From NCBI RefSeq assembly GCF_964355755.1, contig NC_092672.1:30820437-30884436 (forward strand): DNA of 64,000 nucleotides, written 5' to 3'. Origin of the DNA: Antedon mediterranea (Eukaryota > Animalia > Echinodermata). The position numbers were made by a program, and so were the translations under genes. Below the pieces are notes generated by a model that made no database searches, was not told the DNA's origin, and saw nothing but the letters and a program-made list of their open reading frames with translations. Shown piece after piece: positions 1-11,431 of this stretch. Within the stretch, counting starts at the first letter, position 1. The number at the start of each line of letters is the position of its first letter.

Positions 1-640
1 ACAACAGGCACAGAATAAATTCCAAATGTTCTGTGCCTGACAACAGGCATAGAAATAAATTCCAAACCGCCCGGTGATACACTGAAAATTATTTAATTAA
101 TTTTTGAAACGATAAAGATGAGGAAATCTGGGAGAATGAGAAAAAGTCGCACCAACCGAGACTCGAACTCGGACCGTCTGCTTGATATGCAGTTGCCCTA
201 ACCATTAGACCACAGGGGCTTTCATGGTATTGTTCTTTAACTCGATCGGATAACGACCCTTTAACATTCTCGGCGTGGTACGGTTGGAACACAACTAGTC
301 CTCTGTTGTACGCACGCGCACCAGAGATCAAATTGATACGCCCTCATCTATAATTCAGTATATTTATTCACTAAGCGGGATCTCGAGAGATACTTTTATA
401 TATATATAAACACAACAGGCATAGAAATAAATTCCAAACCACCCGGTGATACACTGAAAATTATTTAATTAATTTTTAATTAAGTCGCCCCAACCGAGAC
501 TCAAACTCAGACCGCCTGCTTGATATGCAGATGTCCTAACCATTAGACCACTGGGGCTTTCATGGTATTGTTCGAACTCGATTGGATAGCGACTCTTTAA
601 CATTCTCGGCGTGGTACGGCGGAACAGCACTAGTCCTCAG
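1..640 (-). repeat. Partial tandem copies of a ~365-bp tRNA-containing repeat
   Basis: Reverse complement of the unit at 3764-4595; tRNA-like cores at 148-219 and 486-557; ends at a (TA)n tract (~645-698). Confidence 0.9.
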
Positions 641-668
641 TTGAATATATATATACATTCAACCGAAC

Positions 669-710
<42 letters not shown>

Positions 711-745
711 TAACAGCAGAAAACTTGGTTACTTCATTGTTTTAA

Positions 746-803
746 TCACTACAAATTTGTTTCGTACGACCAGCATGTAGCTGGCCGCACTCTTCAGGTG
801 AAA
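746..803 (-). ncRNA. Type I hammerhead ribozyme (PLE-associated)
   Basis: Minus strand: TTTCAC-CTGAAGA-GTGCGGCCAGC(TACAT)GCTGGTCGTAC-GAA-ACAAATTTGT-A-GTGA. Intact CUGANGA/GAAA core, 11-bp stem II, palindromic stem III, GUA cleavage triplet, stem I TCAC/GTGA. Confidence 0.88.
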
Positions 804-976
804 TATAAAACATTCATCAGGAAGTTGTATACAATAGCCTATTGTTTTAGATAAACTATTTGGATCTGCAATTTAGTTGACATATAATAATATACTTTTC
901 ATATATACATAAATTACGGTACATCTTTTGTTAATATTTGAGTAAGGTTTGCATTTCTTTATAATTTTCCATTTAA

Positions 977-3623
977 AGTGGAGCTACACTCAGACTTTCT
1001 CAGCTTATATTATGTTTAAGTATGTTTAATTGAAAGTGATTACATAAAAAAAACCAGGAAAATACGGAAATATTTTCCAAAAACACATTTCTAAAAAATC
1101 GGTCAGAAAATAGTGTTTTTTAACAAATTACAGTTTTTCAGTAACTTAGGGGTTATTAGTTTACAATACGTCGCGAAACGCGTTACACTTAGCGACTGAC
1201 GCGTTTTAGTCGCTGGTCAACGCATTGTGGAAATGTCTTCCCTTTGGTAAATTATGTGTCGAAAAATGGGGAATAAATTTTATACACACAATTAATACGA
1301 TTTGTTTAGGCCTAAGTAATATTTCCGATAAGAATGTCAGTATAATTTACATGTAACCTCATGATTTTCACTGTACAACAACAGCATAATAATCTTATCA
1401 GATTGCTTTTAACTTTAAGCTAGGGCTAGGCCTAGCTAAGCCGTCTGCTCAGCCTAGCTAGCCTTGAATTTTTGTCTAGAGGCCTATGTATTCATAGGCA
1501 TGGTTGTTTCGCCCCATTTATCGTTCCTGGGTTTTCTCAGTGGCGTATCCAGTAGCGGGGCCAGGGGGCACGGCCCCCCCCCCCCCTGATTTCGTTTCCG
1601 TCGGCACATCATCGTGGCCGTCGGCAAACAAAGGTGCCGGGGAAAAAAATAAACTATTTATTCTGACAATAATTGAACTGTAAACATAATTCTTTTGAGT
1701 GTTTGTTTATTTACATATCATAATATCATCATTGATCCCTTCAGATCAACTATTTTTTATTTTCATTACATCTAACGAAACACGTAAAAAATGTGTAGCA
1801 CGTACGTACGGCCGTACGCGGTAGATTGTTTACTCAAAAGTCTTTGACCTTACCCTAAAACCTTGTTTTTGCATGCAGTTGCGCCTCTCATGACCTGGGA
1901 TTTGTATGTCTTCCTACGCTAAGAGATTATATTTCCACATGCCATGTGCTTTTTTGTCTAAGATATATTTATTATAAGTGCCAAAAACCCGGTTTTTTTT
2001 CTCGATATGAGGCCTTTATTATTCAAAATTTTTAAAGAAAAAGCACATATACCATAACAAATATCCATGTATTTCATTTTTGGAACAGAATATTCCGTGA
2101 GGCTCAACTACAAAACCACCATTTTGTGATATGATGTCATCGTAAGCCAATCAAAGCTGAGCTTTTTCGCGATTGGCATTGCTCACGGTTGAATGATTTA
2201 GGATTCTAGCTGATTTGATTGGTGATGCGAATCACCCGCAGCGGAATGTTTTCTCTCGCGCGTGTACCATGAATCTCTCTGATCGTTACTACACAAAGTT
2301 AGAGCAATGAATTTGTCCGAATTCCGTTAAGTAAACAACTTTATATATTTTATAAGCATTTAATAACATGTTTTATTGATATTTCCAATGGTGATATATA
2401 AAATAAATTACTAAAAAACGTAATTATATGTAATTATTTTAACCAAAAATGGCGTAGTTAATAGAATTGTCGACTGAGGCCGCAAATTGTTTTACTTCTT
2501 TCGTGGCTAAAAACGATCATTTTCGGCGATGTTTTAGACCCTATATTTCAAAAACTACAAATCAGATTTTCCTAATTCTTTCTTTATTGTAATATGAATA
2601 CAACATACTAACAGATAATGTTGGTTTGGTTTTAATTTTGCATCGTTATCCCATATAAGACAATAAGACTATGTAATCCTAGAACATATATTGATCAGAG
2701 ACGTCGTGTATGTACAGATAATGACACCAATTTTGTCGGCAAATTGGCAATTCCCGGCCCCCCCAACTTCAAAATCCTGGATACGCCACTGGGTTTTCTC
2801 GCATATTAAGAATTGTGAAACACAAAATCCTATACAGAACAAGAGTAGTAAAGAATAGTAAAGCGATGTGCAAGCTTAGACCTGACTGAAAAGCAACTAT
2901 TCAGGCACCCTATCATGGCCCATGGGTAGGCCAAGGTCGGGTGAAAGCAAAACAAACTTCACTGCTGTCAGCCTAGCCTAGCTAGAGGCCAAGCCACTAA
3001 GCAGCATCGGTACATACCTACACTCTAGTAGGCCTTATAGCTTTATTGAATATATAGCCACATCTTTCTCAAATCTCGTTAAATTTGACATTTTAGTAAT
3101 AGTCTCATAATCACATTATTACACTGTGAAACATAATAGGGTCACATTCAGAATGTTTTAATATACTTTTCGCCTGTCAAAAATAACATCGCGACAAAAT
3201 AACAGATTGCCAGCTGCAGTAGTGTGATTGTGAAAAATGTCACGTGATCGTACTCCCTAGCAAAATAAAAAACCCAATTGGACCCGAACGGGGGAAAGTG
3301 TCTATTTACTCAAAATTGCGCAATATATACGTGATAAAAATACCAGAAATAGAAAGATCTGGAAAAATTACATAAATATACATTTTACATTTTTTTTTTG
3401 GTGAAGAAATGAATTTTTTAGGATTATTCAAATATACCCCCCTTTTGCATGTAAAAGAATAGGAAATTACAAGGTATCCCCCCAAAACGCAAAAAGGCGT
3501 GATTTTCAAGAAAATCGTACTCATTGAAAAAAATTTCAAAAAAATATGAAGTATAAGGGATGATATTTTTAAATAATAGTTGAAATGTATGAAAAATAGT
3601 AATTTTCTGGGTGGAGCTCCACT
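977..3623. mobile_element. Non-autonomous Kolobok-like DNA transposon, copy 1
   Basis: TTAA at 973-976 and 3624-3627; TIRs AGTGGAGCTACAC / GTGGAGCTCCACT start with purines (Kolobok-like, not piggyBac CCC). A near-identical inverted copy lies at 60525-63582. Confidence 0.85.
1538..2791. mobile_element. Non-autonomous hAT-like element nested in Kolobok copy 1
   Basis: TIR CAGTGGCGTATCCAG...CTGGATACGCCACTG; 8-bp TSD GGTTTTCT (1530-1537, 2792-2799); the empty site is visible in copy 2 (~63012-63035). Confidence 0.9.
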
Positions 3624-3763
3624 TTAATTGAGTAGTTTGTTTTAGAGTCTTTAAGTGTCCATATATATTTACTGAGTTCCGTTGCGTTTCTTAGTTTTTC
3701 GTTCCGGAATGAAGACGTATGGTTTCTGTATCTGGTTTTAAACTGGTTTTGAGTTAGTTATCA

Positions 3764-4589
3764 TTCTCACAGATTTCCTCATCTTTATCGTTTCAAATTA
3801 ATTAATTAAATTTCAGTATATCACCGGGCGGTTTAGAATTAATGTTCTTTGCCTCTTGTGTTTATATATATAAAAGTATCTCTTCGGAGATCCCGCCTCG
3901 TGAATAAAAAATACTGAAAGATGAGGGCGTATCAATTTGATCTCTGTTGCGCGTGCGTACAACTGAGGACTAGTGCTGTTCCGCAGTACCACGCCGAGAA
4001 TGTTAAAGAGTCGTTGTCCAATCGAGTTCGAACAATACCATGAAAGCCCCAGTGGTCTAATGGTTAGGACATCTGCATATCAAGCAGGCGGTCCGAGTTC
4101 GAGTCTCGGTTGGGGCGACTTTTTCTCATTCTCACAGATTTCCTCATCTTTATCGTTTCAAATTAATTAATTAAATTTCAGTATATCACCGGGCGGTTTA
4201 TAATTAATGTTCTTTGCCTCTTGTGTTTATATATATAAAAGTATCTCTTCGGAGATCCCGCCTCGTGAATAAAAAATACTGAAAGATGAGGGCGTATCAA
4301 TTTGATCTCTGTTGCGCGTGCGTACAACTGAGGACTAGTGCTGTTCCGCAGTACCACGCCGAGAATGTTAAAGAGTCGTTATCCAATCGAGTTCGAACAA
4401 TACCATGAAAGCCCCAGTGGTCTAATGGTTAGGACATCTGCATATCAAGCAGGCGGTCCGAGTTCGAGTCTCGGTTGGGGCGACTTTTTCTCATTCTCAC
4501 AGATTTCCTCATCTTTATCGTTTCAAATTAATTAATTAAATTTCAGTATATCACCGGGCGGTTTAGAATTAATGTTCTTTGCCTCTTGT

Positions 4590-4595
<6 letters not shown>
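3764..4595 (+). repeat. ~2.3 tandem units (365-bp period) of the tRNA-containing repeat
   Basis: Near-identical sequence offset by 365 bp (ORFs 3973/4338; tRNA cores 4046/4411); ends in (TA)n at 4593-4622. Confidence 0.95.
4046..4117 (+). tRNA. tRNA-like cloverleaf with anticodon ATC (Asp-like), repeat-borne
   Basis: GCCCCAG/TTGGGGC acceptor stem, GTC..GAC D arm with A box TGGTCTAATGG, TCTGC-ATATCAA-GCAGG anticodon arm, CCGAG-TTCGAGT-CTCGG T arm (B box), followed by TTTTT. Further copies at 4411-4482(+), 15093-15164(+), 148-219, 486-557, 6571-6642, 15487-15558 and ~16595-16664(-). Confidence 0.75.
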
Positions 4596-4622
<27 letters not shown>

Positions 4623-4625
<3 letters not shown>

Positions 4626-5322
4626 GTAGCACCTTCTGGTAATTATGTTATCACAGATCGTATTACGTGCACCACTAGCAATCTAGTTTATTGTATTTCG
4701 TGTACTAAATGTAATATGCTTTATATTGGTGAAACTAAACGCAGGTTAGGTGATAGGTTTGTAGAACATTTAAGGTCTATTAAACTAAAGACTCCCGGAT
4801 TACCTGTAGCCACCCATTTTTGTAATAATGAGCATTCCCTTTCGGATATTACAATTTCTGGTGTTAAAGTATGTAATGGTTCTGAGACATCTCGTAGAAT
4901 TATAGAAGAAAGAATAATTGTAAAGCTTGGCACTCTTGCCCCTACCGGCATAAATGTACAATTTAGATCCTTTAAACCTTAATTTTGCCAGAGACATTCA
5001 GATATTAACAATTATTTACACTTGAAGCTTTTGTCTTTGTTTTAAATTTCCTGCTTTATAAGCAACCATTCCTGCTTTGTACACCATAGCTTTTGGAGGC
5101 GTGCCTTTATAACTATGCCTTTTGTTTGTTAACATCTTTGATTGGCTGATTTGTTTTATTATGTAATTTTGTGACTTATATATGTTATCCTTTGTTACAA
5201 TTCTTTTCACCTGATGATGGGCTATGCCCGAAACATGTCGTTAAAATAAATCTATATTGAGGCAGTTTTAACTTATTTGATCTGGATTTTTTTCTATATT
5301 CTGCCTATGCAGCTTTTTGATT
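4623..5322 (+). mobile_element. 5'-truncated Penelope-like element (GIY-YIG endonuclease plus 3' end) between (TA)n tracts
   Basis: ORF 4572-4982 contains CTTSNLVYCISCTKCNMLYIGETKRRLGDRFVEH...PVATHF...LGTLAPTGIN (GIY-YIG with Cys/His motif, Neptune-like). Its N-terminal YIYIYI is just the TA tract. Confidence 0.9.
5204..5246 (+). ncRNA. Minimal type I hammerhead ribozyme
   Basis: TTTTCAC-CTGATGA-T-GGGC(TAT)GCCC-GAA-ACATGT-C-GTTAAAA: core intact, palindromic ACATGT stem III, GUC triplet, stem I with one mismatch; AATAAA follows. Confidence 0.85.
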
Positions 5323-5428
5323 TATATATATATATATATATATATACTCATCTTTATCGTTTCAAATTAATTAATTAAATTTCAGTATATCACCGGGCGG
5401 TTTCGAATTAATGTTCATTGCCTAATGT

Positions 5429-5429
<1 letters not shown>

Positions 5430-5511
<82 letters not shown>
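5430..5511. repeat. (TA)n microsatellite, ~40 units
   Basis: Directly visible. Similar tracts lie at 672-698, 4593-4622, 5323-5346, 13562-13583 and 15337-15380. Confidence 0.98.
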
Positions 5512-5515
<4 letters not shown>

Positions 5516-6454
5516 GGGATTAATCTAATCATGTGATAATTAAATACTGCCCCCTATAGGTGTTACTGCCCCCTATAATTGTAACAGTCTTTTTCAAATG
5601 ATTTTCTTTCTTTTGTATTCATGAACCGGTCAAGGAAGCAGATAGTTTTGTCTCTTATTTAATTAAAGATCTGATTAAAAGGACCATACTGATCTCTATT
5701 GTTATGCTAAAAACAAATTAAAACCAAATACACCACCGGACCGTGGTAAAAGTGAGAAAAGGCGTGTTTTTCCTTTTGTGTTGTCGTCCACATCCTTACA
5801 ATTTGGTGTCAGAAGTGGGATCGTGGATCGTATTTGGCTTTAACATTAGAGATCAGTGATGGCAAGCAAGGCATCGTTGCGAGATGTGCAGAGGACGGTT
5901 GATGAGCTAAGAGCCGAACTAGAAGCAACTAGGCGTGCTGCCCATGGTAATGGAAACACAGTATATGTTCTCCCAGAGAAGAAGATGAGACACTTTGTGG
6001 GAGCCGAAGGGGAATGTGTAGAGTCCTTTGTTGAAGACGATGGTACTGGGGACGTTTACCCTGACTGGCCTGATGATGCTGGCATTGACTCTGAAAATGC
6101 TGAAAAGATTCTTCTTGTTGTGAATAATATTAAGTTTGAGGACAAACTCAGCTTAAACAGGGGAGTGTGGAGATTAATCTAATCATGTGATAATTAAATA
6201 CTGCCCCCTATAGGTGTTACTGCCCCCTATAATTGTAACAGTCTTTTTCAAATGATTTTCTTTCTTTTGTATTCATGAACCGGTCAAGGAAGCAGATAGT
6301 TTTGTCTCTTATTTAATTAAAGATCTGATTAAAAGGACCATACTGATCTCTATTGTTATGCTAAAAACAAATTAAAACCAAATACACCACCGGACCGTGG
6401 TAAAAGTGAGAAAAGGCGTGTTTTTCCTTTTGTGTTGTCGTCCACATCCTTACA
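5512..6454 (+). mobile_element. TRIM-like / internally deleted Gypsy-type LTR element
   Basis: 289-bp LTRs 5512-5800 and 6166-6454 (TG...CA; I saw one mismatch near the start). PBS TGGTGTCAGAAGTGGGAT (tRNA-Leu type) at 5804-5821, gag N-terminal fragment (VYVLPEKKMRHFVG...VESFVED), PPT AAACAGGGGAG; inserted in (TA)n. Confidence 0.93.
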
Positions 6455-6888
6455 TATATAAACACATTAGGTAATGAACATTAATTCTAAACCGCCCGGT
6501 GATATACTGAAATTTAATTAATTAATTTGAAACGATAAAGATGAGGAAATCTGTGAGAATGAGAAAAAGTCGCCCCAACCGAGACTCGAACTCAGACCGC
6601 CTGCTTGATATGCAGATGTCCTAACCATTAGACCACTGGGGCTTTCATGGTATTGTTCAAACTCGATTGGATAGCGACTTTAACATTATCGGCGTGGTAC
6701 GGCAGAACAGCACTAGTCCTCAGTTGTACGCACGCGCAACAGAGATCAAGTTGATACGCCCTCATCTTTCAGTATTTTTATTCACGAGGCGGGATCTCCG
6801 AAGAGATACTTTTATATATATAAACACATTAGGCAATGAACATTAATTCTAAACCGCCCGGTGATATACTGAAATTTAATTAATTAAT
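6455..6888 (-). repeat. tRNA-containing repeat (~1.2 units), inverted relative to the fragment at 5347-5430
   Basis: Reverse complement of the 365-bp unit; tRNA core at 6571-6642. Confidence 0.93.
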
Positions 6889-6889
6889 C

Positions 6890-7018
6890 TGTAATACGGT
6901 ACGAATAACGAACACATTATTTATCTATTTATATAGATCATAACTGGCCCCTCTGGAATACTAGTATTTGACTGAAGAGGTCGCCCAGTATAAATAAAAT
7001 ATATCAATTCAATTCAGT
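6890..7018 (+). mobile_element. 3' tail of a LINE/SINE (CR1/L2-like stem-loop plus short-repeat tail)
   Basis: ACTGGCCCCTCTGG...TGACTGAAGAGGTCGCCCAGTATAAATAAA followed by a TCAAT-repeat tail; a related tail sits at 61116-61175. Confidence 0.5.
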
Positions 7019-7125
7019 TAGAAAATGTTATTATAGAAATTGTGCCAAAAATGATATAATATTAATAATAAAAAAATATAGAATATCTGTATTGTATTAT
7101 ATGTGTTATATCACTTAAAGCCTAC

Positions 7126-7141
7126 CTTCTTTGCTGGCCAT
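7126..7141 (-). CDS. Putative short start exon (MASKE-G, phase 1) of a gene continuing beyond the left edge
   Basis: Minus strand TTTGCAG|AGCACGAAAG-ATGGCCAGCAAAGAAG|GTAGGC (exon 7151-7126); same design as the start exon at 32545-32515. Confidence 0.5.
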
Positions 7142-9923
7142 CTTTCGTGCTCTGCAAATAAAGGAAAAACACGTACTGTATATAATGTTTCATCAATAGA
7201 AGTAGCCTTACCGTATCTGGTTATACATTTCTAACAATATTTCCGTGACATATTAGTAAGATTTAATTAGGCAATTTTATTTACCTGTGTAATTAATACA
7301 GGATATTTTGTGAACATCCATTACGATGATTATCTACAGTATCCTAAGAGAGTCTATATTACTGTTATGTATAACAGAGAGTTTGTACGTACGTGTACGT
7401 TACAAACGATCCCGAGAAAAAGATAGGGTTTGGACGGGGGCTTGTGAGGTGGGGTATCAATATTACCACAATTGTCCTACTGAGAAGGTTTTAAGCCATA
7501 TGTGTGAAACTTCAACTGAATCTCCTAGCAAAAAGCAAAAAAAAACAATGATAAGACAATATTGATTGTAAATCAATTATAGTCTTGTTCTTGGTCTTGG
7601 GACTATTGTAGATGTGGACCTGGCCATTTTTATATATCGACGCCTAGGCTAAATTTCGATTCACTTTAGCCTACTAATAACAGGCATCCTATATTCTACT
7701 GTCCCGAAGCAGATAATAATAGGTAATGTACTACTATTAAATCTACCTAATTTTGCTCTTTTAAAATTACAGATATGGGTTAAGATGAATGTGCAATTTA
7801 TAATTTGCATTATTGAAATTCAAAAAGAATGATTTAACTTACATTTAAATATAAAGCTGATGAAGCTACGTCGTTATTGTCTACAATTTGCAGAGAAAGA
7901 GGACGCGGTAGTTAATGGCGTGGGTTGATTGTCCGATACGTATGAGAAGATTATAACAATAAAGTATCCTGGTGTATAATAAGCAACACAACCAGGTATT
8001 ATAAAACCATTTTTTAAATGTTAAATCCGTCTAAGAATCAACAAATTGATCTGGGCTGAGAAGAATCTAACATTTAGCATCGAACATTCATTCACGTTTT
8101 TAGACGTATTGTAGGTCAAGTTCTAATCGCCTCTTGGTTATCAGGTTGGCAACATATAATCACATCTTGTAGATTTAGACTGCATTTTAGATTGATTTTT
8201 ACACAAAACTCAGAAAAGAAATAACATACCTAATATAGAATTAATAATTTAAAAATTGTATAGACAATGCTCACTGTAAGTTTAATCCTGTCTGTTTACT
8301 CACAATCTCAATCCAACGATTTTTTTAGGATAGGCCTACAATTGCCTAAACTATAGAGCCCAGAGTATCGTTTTCTATATAAAATGGCGTATCTACCCAG
8401 AATCCTCATGAATTGAAAATAGAATAAAATTTGATACAGGGAGTTGTTAATTTGATGTATTGTCAAAACCCACTTCCGTTTAATTCAAATGGAAATTCCA
8501 ATATGACAAACATAGACAACTGCTTCGGACAAAAGACTACACTACTATTATAATACAAATAGTTGTACAACAAATTATAGGAATATTACTCAATATAGAT
8601 TGACATCGCAGGCGTCGTAAACAAAAAACCAACATATTTACTAATCAAATTATACTCTTAGCACAAATACAGCATCAAGCTTTATGTTATTAATTCTGTT
8701 AAATAAAAACATTTTAACTACACACACTTGTTTAAGTAGATGATCATGTTATCAATAATGTGGCAAACATACGTTGGTGCGATTGTATTTTTGATGAACT
8801 AAAAGAAATTGTAAACAGGAATGTACGTCTTAAAACGTTTAGCTATGCAATATTTACATAAAATATTTACTTACAAGGAGGGACGCGTTAGATATGACAG
8901 GTTATGGCGTTGGTTTATCGCCTAATCACGTATGATGTGATCAGCTATTAGCTATTATTGTTAGCTATGTCATAAAAATCTATTTTACTCAAAGCAGAGA
9001 AAAAAGGGACGCATTAGCTATGAGAGGTTATTGTGTTTGATTGATAACGTATGATTAGTTTTAAACTACCGCATTATTAAAGGTGTATACTTATTATGTA
9101 ACTTCCGATAGACTTGTTTAACAATGTATGCATTGAATGTGCACGTTGAAAATAAAGTATCGATAGCGAGTGCATCACATCAGACTTCTTTTAATATTTG
9201 TATCAGTGATTTTTATAATTGTTAACATATTCTAAGAATGTCGACACAAGTTACTTGCAGAAACTGTGCTCATTTTAATAAAAATTTAATCATATAATAA
9301 TATTTAGTATGGGTTTCAGACGGAGTTTTGTCTTAATATTAGTAAAAAGATAAATATTTTGGCACATGCGACGTTCCATACGTATACTACTTGAGCTTGT
9401 AAACATCGAAAAGCCTCGAAATAACTACACACTTTGGGCAAGTATAATAATAATAATATGAGAAAGATATCGTTTTCATAGGATTATATGCCATAGCTAG
9501 GGGCGTTTCCTGTATGTGTTCCTGTGTGGTGATAGTCATGGGTGTAATTTTCCTGAGAATTTATTTATTCTTTTTTTTTCTTAGAAAATGGAAAGACTTC
9601 GAATAGGTCCACTTGGTTTACTGCTTTTTTGCCTTAGTAATACATGAACACATAAGCACATTTTTTATCTTGTTGTATACGGGTATAGGGTACAGAGTGG
9701 CCCTGTGATAAAGCAAATCGGCAGATTGAGTGAAACCAAAGCGACTTACAGTAGCTTCAGCGGCATGAAAATAGTTTTATATTGCGCTCCTTGGTCCTCG
9801 TTATACATATCATACAATGCTCCTAAAATAGTGCGCCCTCGCGCATAGAAAGTGTTTGAGAAATATCTTGCAAGCGGGTTGACTTTGACCTAGCAATGTG
9901 AGTCTGAAGTGTCATAGATATAT

Positions 9924-10340
9924 TTTTTTTTTGTATTTGTATTTTGTATTTTGTATTTATATTTGTCCTCAAGCTTAACTAGAAACAGAGGAAATTCGGA
10001 TTAGGCCCTCCACGGACCCACGGCAGCCAGCAGTGCCTACCAGATTAGCACACCCGGAGACGATCCCCTACTCTTTTCGAATAGTGTACCAAGTTCTTTA
10101 ACGTGCACTGTTAAGTACACGGGACCAACGGCTTTAAGGATGCAATTAGTATGGTACAGATAACCTCGAACCCATGCCTATCACATGCTAGTCCGATATT
10201 ACCATTACACCATCACTCTCCAGTATATACAGTACCCGGCACGATTTCTAGACGGTCTCCCCTCCAGAACGCAACGGGGCCCAACGTTGCTTAACTTCGG
10301 TGATCTGACGAGAACCGGTGTTTCAACGCAGTATGGCCGT
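9924..10340 (-). mobile_element. 5S rRNA + tRNA hybrid-head SINE with Deu/Nin-like domain, copy 1
   Basis: Minus strand begins ACGGCCATACTGCGTTGAAACACCGGTTCTCGTCAGATCACCGAAGTTAAGCAACG (5S-like), then tRNA-like TGGTGTAATGG...GGTTCGAG, then GCACGTTAAAGAAC...CGAAAAGAGTAGGGG (Deu/Nin-like), and an (AAATAC)n/A tail. Confidence 0.88.
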
Positions 10341-10459
10341 TTATTCACTAATAAATTGATTTGATGAATTAATTACTTGTATAATATTAATATACAATTG
10401 ATCAATTTCTCTTTTGAAGAAAAAAAAAATGTTGAACTAATTTGGTGTTACTTTTAGTG

Positions 10460-11187
10460 TTTTTAGTCGCGTGGACGCGACTCTATCGTTCACTATGTCG
10501 GTCGGTCGGTCTGTCGGTCTGTCTGTCGGTCCGGTATCACTATGTGTTTTATCGCTTTCTGACCTTATCTTGATATCAGTTTAATCTTGCTAAGTCATTT
10601 TTTCACAGTATATTTCTTATGGCCGGAATCGATGTGGCTATGTTTTCACGGCGGTGCGCAATAAAAAATTACGTGGTCTACGCACGATTTAACGAAATCA
10701 CGTTTGTAATCATATCTTCACAACCATGAATCACAATTAAATAAAATTTGGTACTCATAAATTTCAGGGCATAAATCATCATATGGCAATACAAGTACGT
10801 GCGTAGTGCATGTAACGCATGCGTACGCGCGCTTAAAATTTTCAAAATTTATTTTCGATGAAATAAGAGTACGTTTCAGGCAATTTTAAGCGTTTACAAA
10901 ATTGCCATGAGTGCGCAGATTTTTGCGCGCGCACTGCGCGTTATTGTTTTTGCGCACTCTTTTTGCCCGATTTCTGTTTTCTTGACTTACTTTTCAACTC
11001 CAAATTACGTTATACGAGCACATCAAAAGTGACAGGCTACACACGTGTAAATTAACAAAATAGAAATGTTTTTTAACATTTAAACATTTTTAAACATGTT
11101 CAGTAATTTCGGTCAGTTGGTAGGTTGGTCGGTCGGTCGGTAAACACTAATGAGCACGCAACTGCAGCCATCTATATGGCCTTGTTT
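10460..11187 (+). mobile_element. Non-autonomous Helentron/DINE-1-like element
   Basis: Starts TTTTTAGTCGCGTGGACGCGACTCTA (terminal hairpin), has (GTCG/GTCT)n microsatellites and ends GGCCTTGTT in a T-run. A homologous copy lies reversed at 28767-30246. Confidence 0.75.
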
Positions 11188-11431
11188 TTGTAAGTGTGAG
11201 GGGAGGAGTTATGAAAGCTCATTAGTGTCCCCGCTTTGTTTTTTCAGCTTTACCTGATTTTTAAACATCTGTCTCCCATGCTCATTAGCCTTATTGATCT
11301 CATTATTGTTCCCAATTTAATATACTATATAATAAAAAACAAAGGCAAGAAGTACAACAACAACAATAAAAATGTTTATTGTAAACATTCTCATTCCCCG
11401 CACTCATGTCAAAATATAAACTACAAAATAT

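Larger units (their letters stand above)
700..3760 (-). mobile_element. Penelope-like element 3' remnant (GIY-YIG C-terminus plus 3' end), split by a Kolobok-like insertion
   Basis: Joining 3750-3624 to 972-890 on the minus strand reads [61 protein letters not shown] (frameshifted), typical of a PLE GIY-YIG end. A hammerhead follows, then (TA)n. Confidence 0.85.

Noticed and set aside
3963-4005. Hammerhead within the tRNA repeat (CTGAGGA; CTGACGA in the 15010 copy)
   Set aside because: No closing stem II plus GAAA in the unit; the related 16270-16385 segment gives only a degenerate, unconvincing fold.
3973-4535. Repeated 65-aa ORFs (also 89-331 and 15434-15631)
   Set aside because: Incidental frames across the tRNA-like repeat; GTG starts and no protein features.
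10225-10340. 5S rRNA gene (also 19110-19226)
   Set aside because: Diverged in its 3' half, lacks a terminator and continues into a SINE body and tail.
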